From positions 416-64,415 of the forward strand of contig JAJAYZ010000091.1 in assembly GCA_027118455.1 (NCBI GenBank): a DNA stretch of 64,000 nt. The letters run 5' to 3'. The notes beneath the pieces were generated by a model that was not told the DNA's origin, did no database searches, and saw only the letters and a list, made by a program, of their open reading frames with translations. The number at the start of each line of letters is the position of its first letter. Position 1 is the first letter of the stretch. Shown one piece after another: positions 38,273-47,840 of this stretch. The position numbers were made by a program, and so were the translations under genes. The DNA is from Actinomycetes bacterium (GTDB lineage: Bacteria > Actinomycetota > Actinomycetes > JAHEKZ01).

Positions 38273-38821
38273 ATGTTCGCAGGGTCGGTCCGGCCTTCTT
38301 TAGCCACTTTTTACTACACTTGTGGTCTGGTATTGGGTTCGTCGTCTACAGCCGTGATACTTGTGATCATGAGTTCCCTCGCGCATATTCAGGACATCTC
38401 GGGGGAGATGCGTAAACTCTTGCTTGTAATTGTCATTGGGATTTTGGCGGGAAGAGAACTCGGAGTTCTTCGATTTCCCCTACCTCAGAATAAGAGGCTG
38501 GTCCCGATCACCGTTTTCAGACTCGGAGAGCGGTTTGGACCGATACAGTTCGGCTTCGAGATGGGTTCGGGCATCCGAACCTACGTAACGAGCTCCCTGC
38601 CGTACCTGCTGGTCGTCGCGACCGTCTTACTTGCGAGCTTGCCCGAGGCCCTCGTGGCCGGTGGTGGATTCGCTATAGGTCGATCAGCCATGGCCATCCA
38701 AAGCGTGCGGGTCGGGGATGTTTTGGACTGGACGGGCAACTTTAACGACGATGCTTGGCTCAGACCCTGGCTCCTCGGGTTGACCCTAGCCGGACTAGCG
38801 GGTGTTCTCTTTTCGACTTGA
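38273..38821 (+). CDS. Polytopic membrane protein (cassette copy 2)
   Basis: Paralog of 8092..8640 (the QFGFEMGSGIRTY block). Confidence 0.55.
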   Translation: MFAGSVRPSLATFYYTCGLVLGSSSTAVILVIMSSLAHIQDISGEMRKLLLVIVIGILAGRELGVLRFPLPQNKRLVPITVFRLGERFGPIQFGFEMGSGIRTYVTSSLPYLLVVATVLLASLPEALVAGGGFAIGRSAMAIQSVRVGDVLDWTGNFNDDAWLRPWLLGLTLAGLAGVLFST

Positions 38822-38847
38822 TCGCACGGTCGTGATTTACGGGGACC

Positions 38848-40092
38848 TTATCGCCAAACGAAGGGAATGCTCGGAGACGATAAGGGAGTCTGGAGGAGAA
38901 GCCCGCACTTACCATCGTCAGTCGTGCAGCCGAGGATGAAGCCCATGAATGGGTGTTCACTCGAAGAGCCCACCACCTTGTCCGCAGGGACTACGAACGA
39001 GTAGAAAGTCTTCGGGGGGACGCGTGCTTGTGAGTCAGGGATTCCTCGCCACCACGCACCGTAACGCACGTTCATCTCCTCCGAGAGGCCCAGCAGACCA
39101 TCGGGCAATTGAAGTTCTTGTACCTGCTCGCCCGACTCCAGGTCGTAGATTCGACCGTCGTCCGCCAAGGCCAACTTCGGTCCGGGGATCCAAATAGGAC
39201 TCAGACTGATCAACGCGTTATCTGCGCAGTGAGTTGCAATCAGATTTACTGCTCCCTCTGCCGTCAGTTCATAGACTTTGGAGCATTCTCCGTCCTGAAC
39301 GATGCCGCGGCCGTCGGGCTGAAGGTTATAAGTGCTGTCTAGTCGCTCCGGCGCGGAACCGGGATTCCAGAGCCAGGCGCTGCCTTGCTGGTCTTGGTAG
39401 ACATAACCCGCGGGAGTCCAGGCTTGCGTCTTGAACAGGTTCTCGGGTACCGAACCGATACGTTGACCAGACTCGTCCAAGAGCGACGCGCCCATGTTTA
39501 TGTACTGACCGTCAGGGGATGCTGCGAACGCGTCGGGATTGGAAGGATCTTGATTCGGAAACGGTCGAAAATCCCCGCCCATATCTCCCAGCCAGCCAGC
39601 AACCGGCCCGTTTCGCTCCAGTTGGATCATCCAACCGGGAGGAGTCCCGACGATAACCCGCGAAGCCTGAACTGAACCAGGGACGCCATTTGTCATTTCC
39701 TTCCATGCCCCATACCAAAGCCGGCCATCGACAACGTAGGAAGGACTGCTGTCCTCGGCGGAGTGGCCAGGGTAATCGGGGTGGGTCACAGTTTGGATAA
39801 CATCTTCGACCGTCGCCTGCTCGGGTGGTGCTTCGGATTCACCAGCAACTATTTGCGAGTCACCCACAGGCGGAGTTGTCAGGTGGTTGGCGACCAGCAC
39901 CACTGCGGCCGTTGCGACGGCCACGAGTGTGGCTGAGGCAACTGCCCGACCTCGCGTGTGACTCCGAGACCTGGCCCAAGCCTCCGGCGCCATGTCCATC
40001 CCTGAATGAGCGTTGCCCGCGACCTCAACCAGTAGCCGCCTGACATCAGATTCGTTCGCTGGCATCTTGATCCTCCCACTTCGTGGTGACAC
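38848..40092 (-). CDS. Anti-sigma factor: single-pass membrane protein with a large extracytoplasmic beta-propeller-like domain
   Basis: A short cytoplasmic N-terminus and one TM helix (AVASATLVAVATAAVVLVA) precede a periplasmic domain of about 330 aa with SPDG-type repeats. The start overlaps the 3' end of the ECF sigma gene. Confidence 0.6.
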   Translation of the reverse strand: MSPRSGRIKMPANESDVRRLLVEVAGNAHSGMDMAPEAWARSRSHTRGRAVASATLVAVATAAVVLVANHLTTPPVGDSQIVAGESEAPPEQATVEDVIQTVTHPDYPGHSAEDSSPSYVVDGRLWYGAWKEMTNGVPGSVQASRVIVGTPPGWMIQLERNGPVAGWLGDMGGDFRPFPNQDPSNPDAFAASPDGQYINMGASLLDESGQRIGSVPENLFKTQAWTPAGYVYQDQQGSAWLWNPGSAPERLDSTYNLQPDGRGIVQDGECSKVYELTAEGAVNLIATHCADNALISLSPIWIPGPKLALADDGRIYDLESGEQVQELQLPDGLLGLSEEMNVRYGAWWRGIPDSQARVPPKTFYSFVVPADKVVGSSSEHPFMGFILGCTTDDGKCGLLLQTPLSSPSIPFVWR

Positions 40093-40555
40093 TCCTGAGA
40101 CGTGTCAGCGCTGCTGCACTGTGGCTCTTCACGGTTCCTACTGTCACTCCCAGGACCTCGGCGGTTTGCTGTTCGGAAAGGTCTTCGAAATATCGAAGAA
40201 CCAACACCGAACGCTGCTTCTTTGTGAGGTGAGCAAGGGCCGCGATTAGACTCTCCCGCTGAACGATCCGGGCACTGTGATCCGGTTCCGCCAGGTCCCG
40301 GGACGCCGCAACTGCGGGAGTGCTGTTGCGCTTCAATCTGCGCCATGAAACGAAACTGTTGAAGAGCACCTTACGGGCGTAGGCTTCGGGATTCTCGTGC
40401 TCTAAGCGCGACCAACGCTCGGCAACCTTGATCAAAGTCTCCTGAACAAGGTCCTCGGCTTGTGGCTGGCTCCCCGACAGCAGGAAGGCTGATCGCACAA
40501 GCCTGGCCTGGTGCATTCGTGCCCAGGCTGTGAAAGTCGCCTCGCCCGTGTCCAA
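40046..40555 (-). CDS. ECF-type RNA polymerase sigma-70 family factor
   Basis: Region 2 (EDLVQETLIKVAERW) and region 4 HTH (VLVLRYFEDLSEQQTAEVLGVTVGTVKSHSAAALTRLR). Confidence 0.8.
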   Translation of the reverse strand: MDTGEATFTAWARMHQARLVRSAFLLSGSQPQAEDLVQETLIKVAERWSRLEHENPEAYARKVLFNSFVSWRRLKRNSTPAVAASRDLAEPDHSARIVQRESLIAALAHLTKKQRSVLVLRYFEDLSEQQTAEVLGVTVGTVKSHSAAALTRLRSVTTKWEDQDASERI

Positions 40556-41227
40556 AGTCTCTCCTCCGTCTTCTTTTATAACGCTTTGAGTGACGTGTTC
40601 GGATGGGTCTCACGCGCACCAATCATGCCCTTCTCTCCAAGTTGGACGCCATACGCCGGCAGAGCCCCGCTGACAGCTGGGCTCTGAGGTGATCTTCGGG
40701 TTCAGACTCGCTGCTGTCGATCGCGGCAATGGCGTGATTATCGCTGAGTTGGGAGGGCTTGGCCCAAGAGCCTTCAGTGAGCTAGCCGCGGGACTGAGGT
40801 TTACTAGTTCAAAGCCCGATGCGGTCAAGCTTGCGAAGCCTCATCTTGCTGGGGCTCGATCGAGCTGAGCGCGGGTCGCCACCAGTCGGGCGCGAAGAAC
40901 TGATTAGTCGCGATGCCTCTGACGACGACGTCGCTGTTTGACCACTTTAGCTTCGTGTAGTAGGCGTAGACTGGTGTCTTTACCGAGGCAGTACTTCTCC
41001 ATCAGTTGGGGTGAGGTCTTCCCCGCTTGGTAGTCGGCAACGATCTGCTTGGGACCTTCTGCCCGTAGCCTGTGCTCGATCTCTCAGTTAACTTCGGAGT
41101 GGGCGAGCAGATGATTCGCTTTCGGACAAACGCTACCGGTGCCGTGAAGCGGGTAAGGAGAGGCTCCGCTCGTCCCAGGCGATGGGAAAGTCTCGCGGGC
41201 AGGTAAATGTAGGTCGTCGGCAGTCAA

Positions 41228-41994
41228 CTAGCCGGCTAGGTAGGCACGGCGCGCGGCCTGCGCCTTCTTCCAGTCGTCTTCAAACTCTGCAACGGTCGGT
41301 TTGGTACTCATCTTTTCTGCTGCATGTGAATGCCCGGACCTGCGATCGCAGGCGCGAGCAAAGAGCGGCTCTATGACGGCGGTTGCGGCTTTGAGGTGGA
41401 CCGCGTCGATCTTTGCCAACTTGGTCATCATGATGTTGTGTCGGTAGCGCTGGGTAACGCCTTGGAGGAGTTCTTGCTCCACGAACGCTTCGCACCAGGC
41501 GCGCAGGGATCGTATGCCTCCTTGATGAGTGCGTCTTGCACGATTGCTTCAGCCTTAGGCATGATCTGGACCTTTGCGTTGATCCGCTTCGCGAGTTCTG
41601 CCGGTGTATCGAGTTGAGGCTCGACATCGGGCGCGAGGATTCCCTTCTCCTCTCCGCCGTCGCGCGCTTCGTATATCTTGACTCGGAGCTTCTTGTTCTG
41701 GCGAGTGGCGATGAGCGCTGACGCGAACATGATGTTGTGAGTTAGGACGACGACTTGATGTGATTCAGCCAGATGCTGGATTCGTGCGGCGACCTCATCA
41801 AGCCGTCGATAGTTCAGGCTTGTGACCGGGTCGTCGAATACAAGCAGGGCCTTATTGCCGCGCATGCGGCTCTCGGCTAGGAAGTCAGCGAGGGCCAGCA
41901 CCTTCTGCTCTCCCTCAGAGAGCGTGAACACGCCTGAAGTCATAGAGCTGCGCCAACACCCCAAGAGGCTCACACAAACTGACCGGGTAGGCAC
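41228..41994 (-). pseudogene. C-terminal fragment of an ABC/AAA-type ATPase (signature motif plus D-loop), frameshifted
   Basis: LSEGEQKVLALADFL...ALLVFDDPVTSL is an ABC signature followed by Walker B. No Walker A or N-terminal half lies upstream. The C-terminal continuation sits in another frame (41228..41482). Confidence 0.45.
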
Positions 41995-42379
41995 GTAGCT
42001 CGCTGTGCCGTCTTACTCAAATTCTGGTCCCAGGGGCGGCGGGGGGTGAGTTCCCAGGAGTGCCTGGCTAGGAACTCTGATCACCCGATCCGCCCCACCA
42101 AGTCTGGGCGTGTCGCCTAGTCAACGACGTGTAGCAGTTGCTGAAGCTGCGGGGCGGTAAGTCCGAGGACTCGACTAGGCGTCCGACGCCTCCTGCATCC
42201 CGGCACGTGTCTAGGTCTGCCAGCGCTGTCCCGTAGGGGAGGATCGCGGCCCGGAACGCGTCAAGTTCTCGGTTTTCGCGAAGGCGCAGATCTTGGAGCC
42301 TTTTCTGCACACCTCCTGACGGGCTGTCCCACATCGGGCACCCCGCAGGGCCTTCCTGATTGCGAGAGGTGGCAAAGTC

Positions 42380-42685
42380 ATGGCGCGGTTACTGGGTTCG
42401 GTCCTGGCCGCCGATCCAGGGGTCAACCCCAACAACAGCGGATTGCCCGGGCTCAGCGTGCTCAAGCAGATGGTCGGTGCGCTGTTGACTTGGGGGCTCG
42501 TGGCGTGTGTCGCCGCTTTGGTGGTGTCGGTGATCCTCTGGGCGCTTGGGCATCACGGCGGCAACTACTCGCAGACCACCAGCGGCAAGACAGGTGTACT
42601 CGTGGCGTCGGGCGGCGCCCTCCTCATTGGCGGGGCCAACGCAATCGTGGCCTTCTTCTCGGGCCTTGGCGCGGGGATTCACTGA
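42380..42685 (+). CDS. Small membrane protein, possible VirB2/TrbC-like conjugative pilin
   Basis: 101 aa with two hydrophobic helices and a Gly-rich C-terminus. It is the first gene of a T4SS-like cluster. Confidence 0.4.
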   Translation: MARLLGSVLAADPGVNPNNSGLPGLSVLKQMVGALLTWGLVACVAALVVSVILWALGHHGGNYSQTTSGKTGVLVASGGALLIGGANAIVAFFSGLGAGIH

Positions 42686-42686
42686 C

Positions 42687-43925
42687 ATGCCATTCCCGAC
42701 GGTCGACGTGTGCGTCGGTCCACTAGACCCGCTATGTCAGGCAGTCGACGGAGCTGCTGGCTCGGTGGGTGACGCGGCATCGGACGCTGTGCTCGGAGGG
42801 CTGGGCTCGGCGTTCGTATCCGCCGCCGATGAGGTGTCAGCGACGGCGCTCGCCGCCCTTGACGCGACCACCCGGATTGACCTGACTGCGTCATGGTTCC
42901 AGCAGAATGTCGCCGTCATCGCGGCAGTCACGCTCCCAGCGGTCGTCGGTCTCTTTGTACTTCAGGTGATCGCGTCGGTCCTGCGCCGAGAGCCGGGTGG
43001 ACTCGTTCGGGCGGTTGTGGGAGTAGGCAAGGCGATGCTTGGCTCAGCCATCGCCATCGCGGCGACCCAGACGGCCTTGCTTTCTGTCGACCAGATCTGC
43101 GAGTTCATCGCCGCGTCCGCGGGGACCACTGTGGTGGGTGCCGCATCACAGTTCCTGGATCTGACATGGCTTGCAGGGCCGGCAGCAGGTCCTGTCCTTC
43201 AGATCTTGTTGGGGCTGGCGATGATCGTCGGCTTCCTGCTGATGTGGGCCGTGCTCCTCTTCCGCAAGGCCGCCCTGATGTTGGTGGCGGTCTTTGCGCC
43301 CATTGCGTTCGCCGGATCGGTGTGGGACCACACCCGGATCTGGACGCGGCGTTGGATCGAAGTCGTCGTCGCGCTGGTGTTCTGCAAGGTGGTCATCGTT
43401 GTGGTCTTTGTCGTCGGCGCGAGTGCGTTCTCCGGTGTTGGTCCAACTGTTCCCGGAGGCGATATGACGGCAGTTGCAGCAAAGCCCGCAGCGTCACTGT
43501 CGGATCTGCTCGTCGGCCTTCTCCTTCTGACCATCGCTGTGTTTGCTCCCTGGGTGACATGGCGGTTCGTTCACTGGTCAGGAATGGAAGCGGCTGCAGT
43601 GATGCATGGGGCTGTGATGGCTGGCCCTGTTCCCAATGCCGTTCGTGCATCCGGTTCACAAGCGAGGTTCATGGCGCAATCTGCCGTCACCACGATGGTT
43701 ATGGAAGGCGCTGGCGCAGCTTCCGGTGGAGGCGGTGCTGCCGCTGCGTCTGGGGGTGCGTCTGCGCGCGCGGGGGGAGGGCCCGCGTCGGGCGCGCTTT
43801 CTGGCGTCAGCCCTGCGGCTGGTCCCGTCGCGGGAGGTTCGGGCAGTCGCTCAGCCGCCGGGGGACACAGCGCCCCGGTGGTCGACCAGCCAGCACGTCG
43901 TCCCAGCGACGAGGACCGGTCATGA
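42687..43925 (+). CDS. VirB6/TrbL-like polytopic conjugal-transfer membrane protein
   Basis: At least six TM helices and a Gly/Ala/Ser-rich C-terminal tail. The start follows the upstream stop (TGACATG). Confidence 0.5.
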   Translation: MPFPTVDVCVGPLDPLCQAVDGAAGSVGDAASDAVLGGLGSAFVSAADEVSATALAALDATTRIDLTASWFQQNVAVIAAVTLPAVVGLFVLQVIASVLRREPGGLVRAVVGVGKAMLGSAIAIAATQTALLSVDQICEFIAASAGTTVVGAASQFLDLTWLAGPAAGPVLQILLGLAMIVGFLLMWAVLLFRKAALMLVAVFAPIAFAGSVWDHTRIWTRRWIEVVVALVFCKVVIVVVFVVGASAFSGVGPTVPGGDMTAVAAKPAASLSDLLVGLLLLTIAVFAPWVTWRFVHWSGMEAAAVMHGAVMAGPVPNAVRASGSQARFMAQSAVTTMVMEGAGAASGGGGAAAASGGASARAGGGPASGALSGVSPAAGPVAGGSGSRSAAGGHSAPVVDQPARRPSDEDRS

Positions 43926-45355
43926 GCTCGGCCCCCAGCGCAACGGTTCGGTTCGGACGTCTCGAACGTCGGGGCGTGCTGCTGGGGCTCTCAGCAGGGC
44001 AGCTGACCGCACTTGCTGGTGGGCTGGTCGTCTTGGTCGCTGCGGAGTACACGGCGGGCGCGGTGGGCGTGCTGGCCAGTGCCCCGGTGTGGGTGACGTT
44101 GGCGGGTGTTGCCCTGATCGCAGTCGCCGGTCGACCGGTGGTGGCTTGGCTCCCGATCGTTGGAGACTGGACGCTACGCCGCGCACTCCGTCAGACAGTG
44201 CACGTCACCCGCCCCTTGCGTGAACTGTCACCGGATGCACTTGCGCTCCCGGGCATCCCGGGTCCGCTCGACGTGATCGTGTCATCCGCCAACGGCGCCG
44301 CGTACATCGTCGACCCTCGGTGGTCGACCGTGACGGCCATCGTGGAGGTGAGTGGGCGTAGCTTCGTCCTTGAGGACCCAGGGACGCAGGATCGCCACGT
44401 TGGCGGCTGGGGCAGGGTCCTTGCTTCGCTGTGTCAGCAACCCGAGGTCGTCCGTGTGCAGGTGCTGCACCGAACCTCGCAGGGTGGCGCGACAAAGGTC
44501 CGGCGGTGGTGGGCTTCCCACGCGCTTGCTGATGCACCATGGGCCTCCCGCGTGGTGGCCGAGCTAATAGCAGATGCCGAGCAGGTCGCCGACCGACAAG
44601 AGTGCCTCCTAGCTGTCGCGATACGCCTACCCCGCGCCGGTCGACGAATTAGCGGGGCGACGCTGACCGCGGTCGACCAGCACGTCGGTGCGATTGTCAA
44701 TTCCCTTGCGTCAGCAGGCTTGGATGTGCACGGCTGGGTGGCGCCCGCTCAGTTGCGGCATGTACTTCGGACGTCGTACGACCCGAACGGGGCAGCGGTC
44801 GCCGACGTCAGCAAAGCGGATGACCGGCAGCCCTCTCCGATGGTCGGGCCGATGGGGGTGTCGGAATCGTGGGATTCGGTGCGTACCGACACCGCGCACC
44901 ACGTCGTCTACTGGGTTCAGGAGTGGCCGCGTAGCGATGTGCATCCGGGCTTCCTTCAACCACTGTTGCTGACACCGGGAGCGCGCCGGTCGTTCACGCT
45001 CATCGCGGAGCCGTTGCCTCCGGCCAAGGCGTTCCGTGAGATCCGGCGGGCGAAGGTCGAGCACACCGCCGACGCTGCCCAGCGCGCGCGGATCGGTCGA
45101 CTGGAGGATGAATCCACTCGAGCCGAAGCTGCCGATTTGGTGCGCCGGGAGCAGGACTTGGTGGCGGGGCACGGTGATCTGCGTTTCGCAGGACTGGTTA
45201 CTGTCAGCGCTGGGACACGTGACGAGCTGGACGCGGCATGCCGGGCCACCGAGGCTGCGGCCGGCCAAGCGATGTGCGAGTTGCGTCGACTGGTCGGTCA
45301 GCAGGGTCAGGCACACGCCGCTGCGGCGCTGCCGCTGGCGCGAGGTCTCCTGTGA
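43922..45355 (+). CDS. SCO6880-family-like conjugative element membrane protein
   Basis: N-terminal TM pair then a domain of about 400 aa. The gene context is typical of actinobacterial ICE T4SS modules. The long ORF 42893..45355 is an antisense-like N-terminal extension, so the start was trimmed to the ATG overlapping the upstream stop. Confidence 0.45.
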   Translation: MSSAPSATVRFGRLERRGVLLGLSAGQLTALAGGLVVLVAAEYTAGAVGVLASAPVWVTLAGVALIAVAGRPVVAWLPIVGDWTLRRALRQTVHVTRPLRELSPDALALPGIPGPLDVIVSSANGAAYIVDPRWSTVTAIVEVSGRSFVLEDPGTQDRHVGGWGRVLASLCQQPEVVRVQVLHRTSQGGATKVRRWWASHALADAPWASRVVAELIADAEQVADRQECLLAVAIRLPRAGRRISGATLTAVDQHVGAIVNSLASAGLDVHGWVAPAQLRHVLRTSYDPNGAAVADVSKADDRQPSPMVGPMGVSESWDSVRTDTAHHVVYWVQEWPRSDVHPGFLQPLLLTPGARRSFTLIAEPLPPAKAFREIRRAKVEHTADAAQRARIGRLEDESTRAEAADLVRREQDLVAGHGDLRFAGLVTVSAGTRDELDAACRATEAAAGQAMCELRRLVGQQGQAHAAAALPLARGLL

Positions 45356-46719
45356 ACGGGCTGATGACGCGGCACCGAACTGTTCGCCCTGTGACCTTTC
45401 GGTCGCGGGCGCCGCAGTGGCGGACCTGGACACCGTTTCGACTCCCGGCGCATCGAGCGAGCTCGGCGACGCTGGCTGGGGCATATCCGTTCCTGGTTCC
45501 AGCTCCGTCCGACACGGGCGTCTATGTCGGTACCGATGCGCTCACCGGCGGTCCGTTCTGCTTCGATCCATGGTCCCTATACACCGCCGGAGTGCTCACC
45601 AATCCGAACGTTCTGCTCGCGGGGGTGATCGGACAGGGCAAGTCGGCCCTAGCGAAGTCACTGGCAGTGCGGTCGATCGCTGCGGGTCGACGCGTCTACG
45701 TGCCCGGCGACCCAAAGGGGGAGTGGGCCGCCGTTGCAGACGCTGTCGGAGGGACGGTGGTCTCGCTCGGGCACGGCATGACGACGCGACTCAATCCACT
45801 CGATCCGGGTCCGCCACCCCGCGACCACGAGTCTTCCGCGTGGGGGTCGCTGGTGCGCGGACGACGCCTACGGCTGCTTTCCGCTGTGGTCGAGCTGACC
45901 CTCGGGAGGGAGCTGCGTCCGGTCGAGCATGATGCCCTTGACGCGGCGCTCACCGTCGTTGAGCAAATGAGCGCGCCGACGATCCCCGACGTCGTCCGCT
46001 CGCTCACCGATCCCGATCAGGTTGCTGCGACCGCTGATGGCACGACTGTCGCTGAGCGTGCATTGGACGGACGAGACCTTGCCCATGCGCTTCGCCGTTT
46101 GGTGCGGGGAGACCTAGCTGGCATGTTCGATGGTCCCTCATCTGAACGGCTGGACGCTAGTGCGCCCATGGTTGTGCTCGACCTTTCCCGGGTCGGGTCG
46201 GACGACTCTGCGCTGGCGCTTGCCATGACGTGCGCGTCGTCCTGGCTCGAAGCAGCGCTCACCTCGGACACTGGTGGGCAGCGGTGGGTGGTCTACGACG
46301 AGGCCTGGCGCTTGCTGCGATCTGTGCCGCTCGTGCGACGAATGCAGGCGCAGTGGAAGTTGTCCCGCTCATATGGCATCGCGAACCTACTCGTCATCCA
46401 TCGGCTCTCCGACCTCGACGCGGTGGGCGCTGCTGGCAGCGAAGCCCGTGCCATCGCCGATGGTTTGCTGGCCGACTGCTCCACGCGCGTGGTGTACCGA
46501 CAGGAGACCGACCAACTCATCGGCACAGGTGACGCGCTGGGCTTGACCACGACCGAGCGCGAGCTACTCCCTGCACTGCCAAGGGGTACCGGGTTGTGGA
46601 AGATCTCAGGCCGCTCATACATCGTGCGCCATCAGCTTCATGTCGACGAGCTCGCCGTGTTCGACACGGATGCGGCCATGCGCGATCTGGGACGTTCGCT
46701 TCCCGTGGGTGAGCGATGA
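45352..46719 (+). CDS. VirB4/TraC-like conjugative ATPase (short actinobacterial form)
   Basis: Walker A VLLAGVIGQGKSALAKSL and Walker B-like VVYDEAWRLL. The GTG at 45352 overlaps the upstream stop. An alternative ATG lies at 45238. Confidence 0.6.
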   Translation: MNGLMTRHRTVRPVTFRSRAPQWRTWTPFRLPAHRASSATLAGAYPFLVPAPSDTGVYVGTDALTGGPFCFDPWSLYTAGVLTNPNVLLAGVIGQGKSALAKSLAVRSIAAGRRVYVPGDPKGEWAAVADAVGGTVVSLGHGMTTRLNPLDPGPPPRDHESSAWGSLVRGRRLRLLSAVVELTLGRELRPVEHDALDAALTVVEQMSAPTIPDVVRSLTDPDQVAATADGTTVAERALDGRDLAHALRRLVRGDLAGMFDGPSSERLDASAPMVVLDLSRVGSDDSALALAMTCASSWLEAALTSDTGGQRWVVYDEAWRLLRSVPLVRRMQAQWKLSRSYGIANLLVIHRLSDLDAVGAAGSEARAIADGLLADCSTRVVYRQETDQLIGTGDALGLTTTERELLPALPRGTGLWKISGRSYIVRHQLHVDELAVFDTDAAMRDLGRSLPVGER

Positions 46720-47840
46720 ACGCGGTGCATTTTGCTGAGCAGGCGACTCTCGGGTGCCTCCTGCTCGACCCCGCTGCCGCAAGGCCGGTGGCGACGGTGT
46801 TACGCGCGGAGGACTTTGCCCATCCCTGGCACCGCGCGGTCTTCACCACCATCCGGGAACGCCACGTTGCTGGCGCCCCACTGGACGCGAAGATGGTGGG
46901 TCCTGCCCTCGTCGAACGACTGGGGCAGCGTAAGGCCGATCTCCCACGTGTCCTCGATCTGCTGCGTGCGGCGCCGATTCACCCCCAAACAGAGCGCTAC
47001 GCAGCGATGGTTCTCGAGGCTTCGCTGCGCCGCCAGGTCGCCTGCCATGGCGTCCTTCTAGAGGCAGCTGCTCTGTCCGCGTCGTTGTCGATGAAGAGTG
47101 GCCCAGTCACACGGGTCGCCGGTCTCGTCGACGCTGCGCTTAGGGACGCCGAACGTCGCTGGCTCATCGCCAGGGGCAGTCACTCGGATGCCGATGCCGC
47201 CGCGCAAACGGACCCATCGACTCGGCTCTTCGATACCGCGTTGGGAGCCGATCGGCTCCTGAGGGCTCATCCGCCGATCGATTCGACCGAGGCAATGCAA
47301 AACGAAGCGCACCTGGTTGCGGCCCTGGTCACACATCCCGCTGACGTCGCGACCACCGCCGCGTGGCTGCGACCAGAGGCGCTCACCGATCCGGCCTGGC
47401 GACCGGTATACGCCGCACTTGTCCAGGTGGCGGAGTCAGGCGAGCCCATCGACGTCGTGACGGTCAACTGGGAGGTGCGTCGCGCCTCCGCGCGGATGGG
47501 TCAAGGGCCGGGTACCCGAGAGCTCCGTGAGGCAGTCGACTCGGCCGCCGCGAGCGATCCCGGATACCTGAGTCGCGCTGTCGCCTCTGACCAGTTGCGG
47601 TCCACGGCTGCGCACGCTGCGGATGCCCTGCGTTCGTGTGCGAGCAACCCCGGCATTGACTTGGTCGACGTTCTGCACACCGGTCATCTGTTGACTAAGG
47701 CGCTGTGTGAGAAGGCGAACGTCCTTCCGGAACGGTCGTCTGGCAGTCCCCCGCAGAGACACCTGGCGGCGGTGCACGACCGTACCCAAACGCGGGACAT
47801 TGAGTCGATGCGTGGGGTCCTCGGGCCGGTGGCCGGATGA
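46716..47840 (+). CDS. DnaB-helicase N-terminal-domain protein (no ATPase domain)
   Basis: AEQATLGCLLLDPAAARPVATVLRAEDFAHPWHRAVFTTI resembles the DnaB N-terminal domain. Confidence 0.5.
   Translation: MNAVHFAEQATLGCLLLDPAAARPVATVLRAEDFAHPWHRAVFTTIRERHVAGAPLDAKMVGPALVERLGQRKADLPRVLDLLRAAPIHPQTERYAAMVLEASLRRQVACHGVLLEAAALSASLSMKSGPVTRVAGLVDAALRDAERRWLIARGSHSDADAAAQTDPSTRLFDTALGADRLLRAHPPIDSTEAMQNEAHLVAALVTHPADVATTAAWLRPEALTDPAWRPVYAALVQVAESGEPIDVVTVNWEVRRASARMGQGPGTRELREAVDSAAASDPGYLSRAVASDQLRSTAAHAADALRSCASNPGIDLVDVLHTGHLLTKALCEKANVLPERSSGSPPQRHLAAVHDRTQTRDIESMRGVLGPVAG

Noticed and set aside
40840-41075. Possible serine-recombinase or transposase HTH remnant on the minus strand.
   Set aside because: It is only about 50 aa with no start codon or catalytic domain. 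It is too short to call as a feature and is mentioned only as part of the scar region.
42893-43921. N-terminal 340-aa extension of ORF 42893..45355, fusing it into an 820-aa protein.
   Set aside because: The extension is Arg/Cys/Gly-rich with no protein-like character and overlaps the well-supported VirB6-like gene in another frame. The true start is the ATG at 43922, which overlaps the upstream stop.
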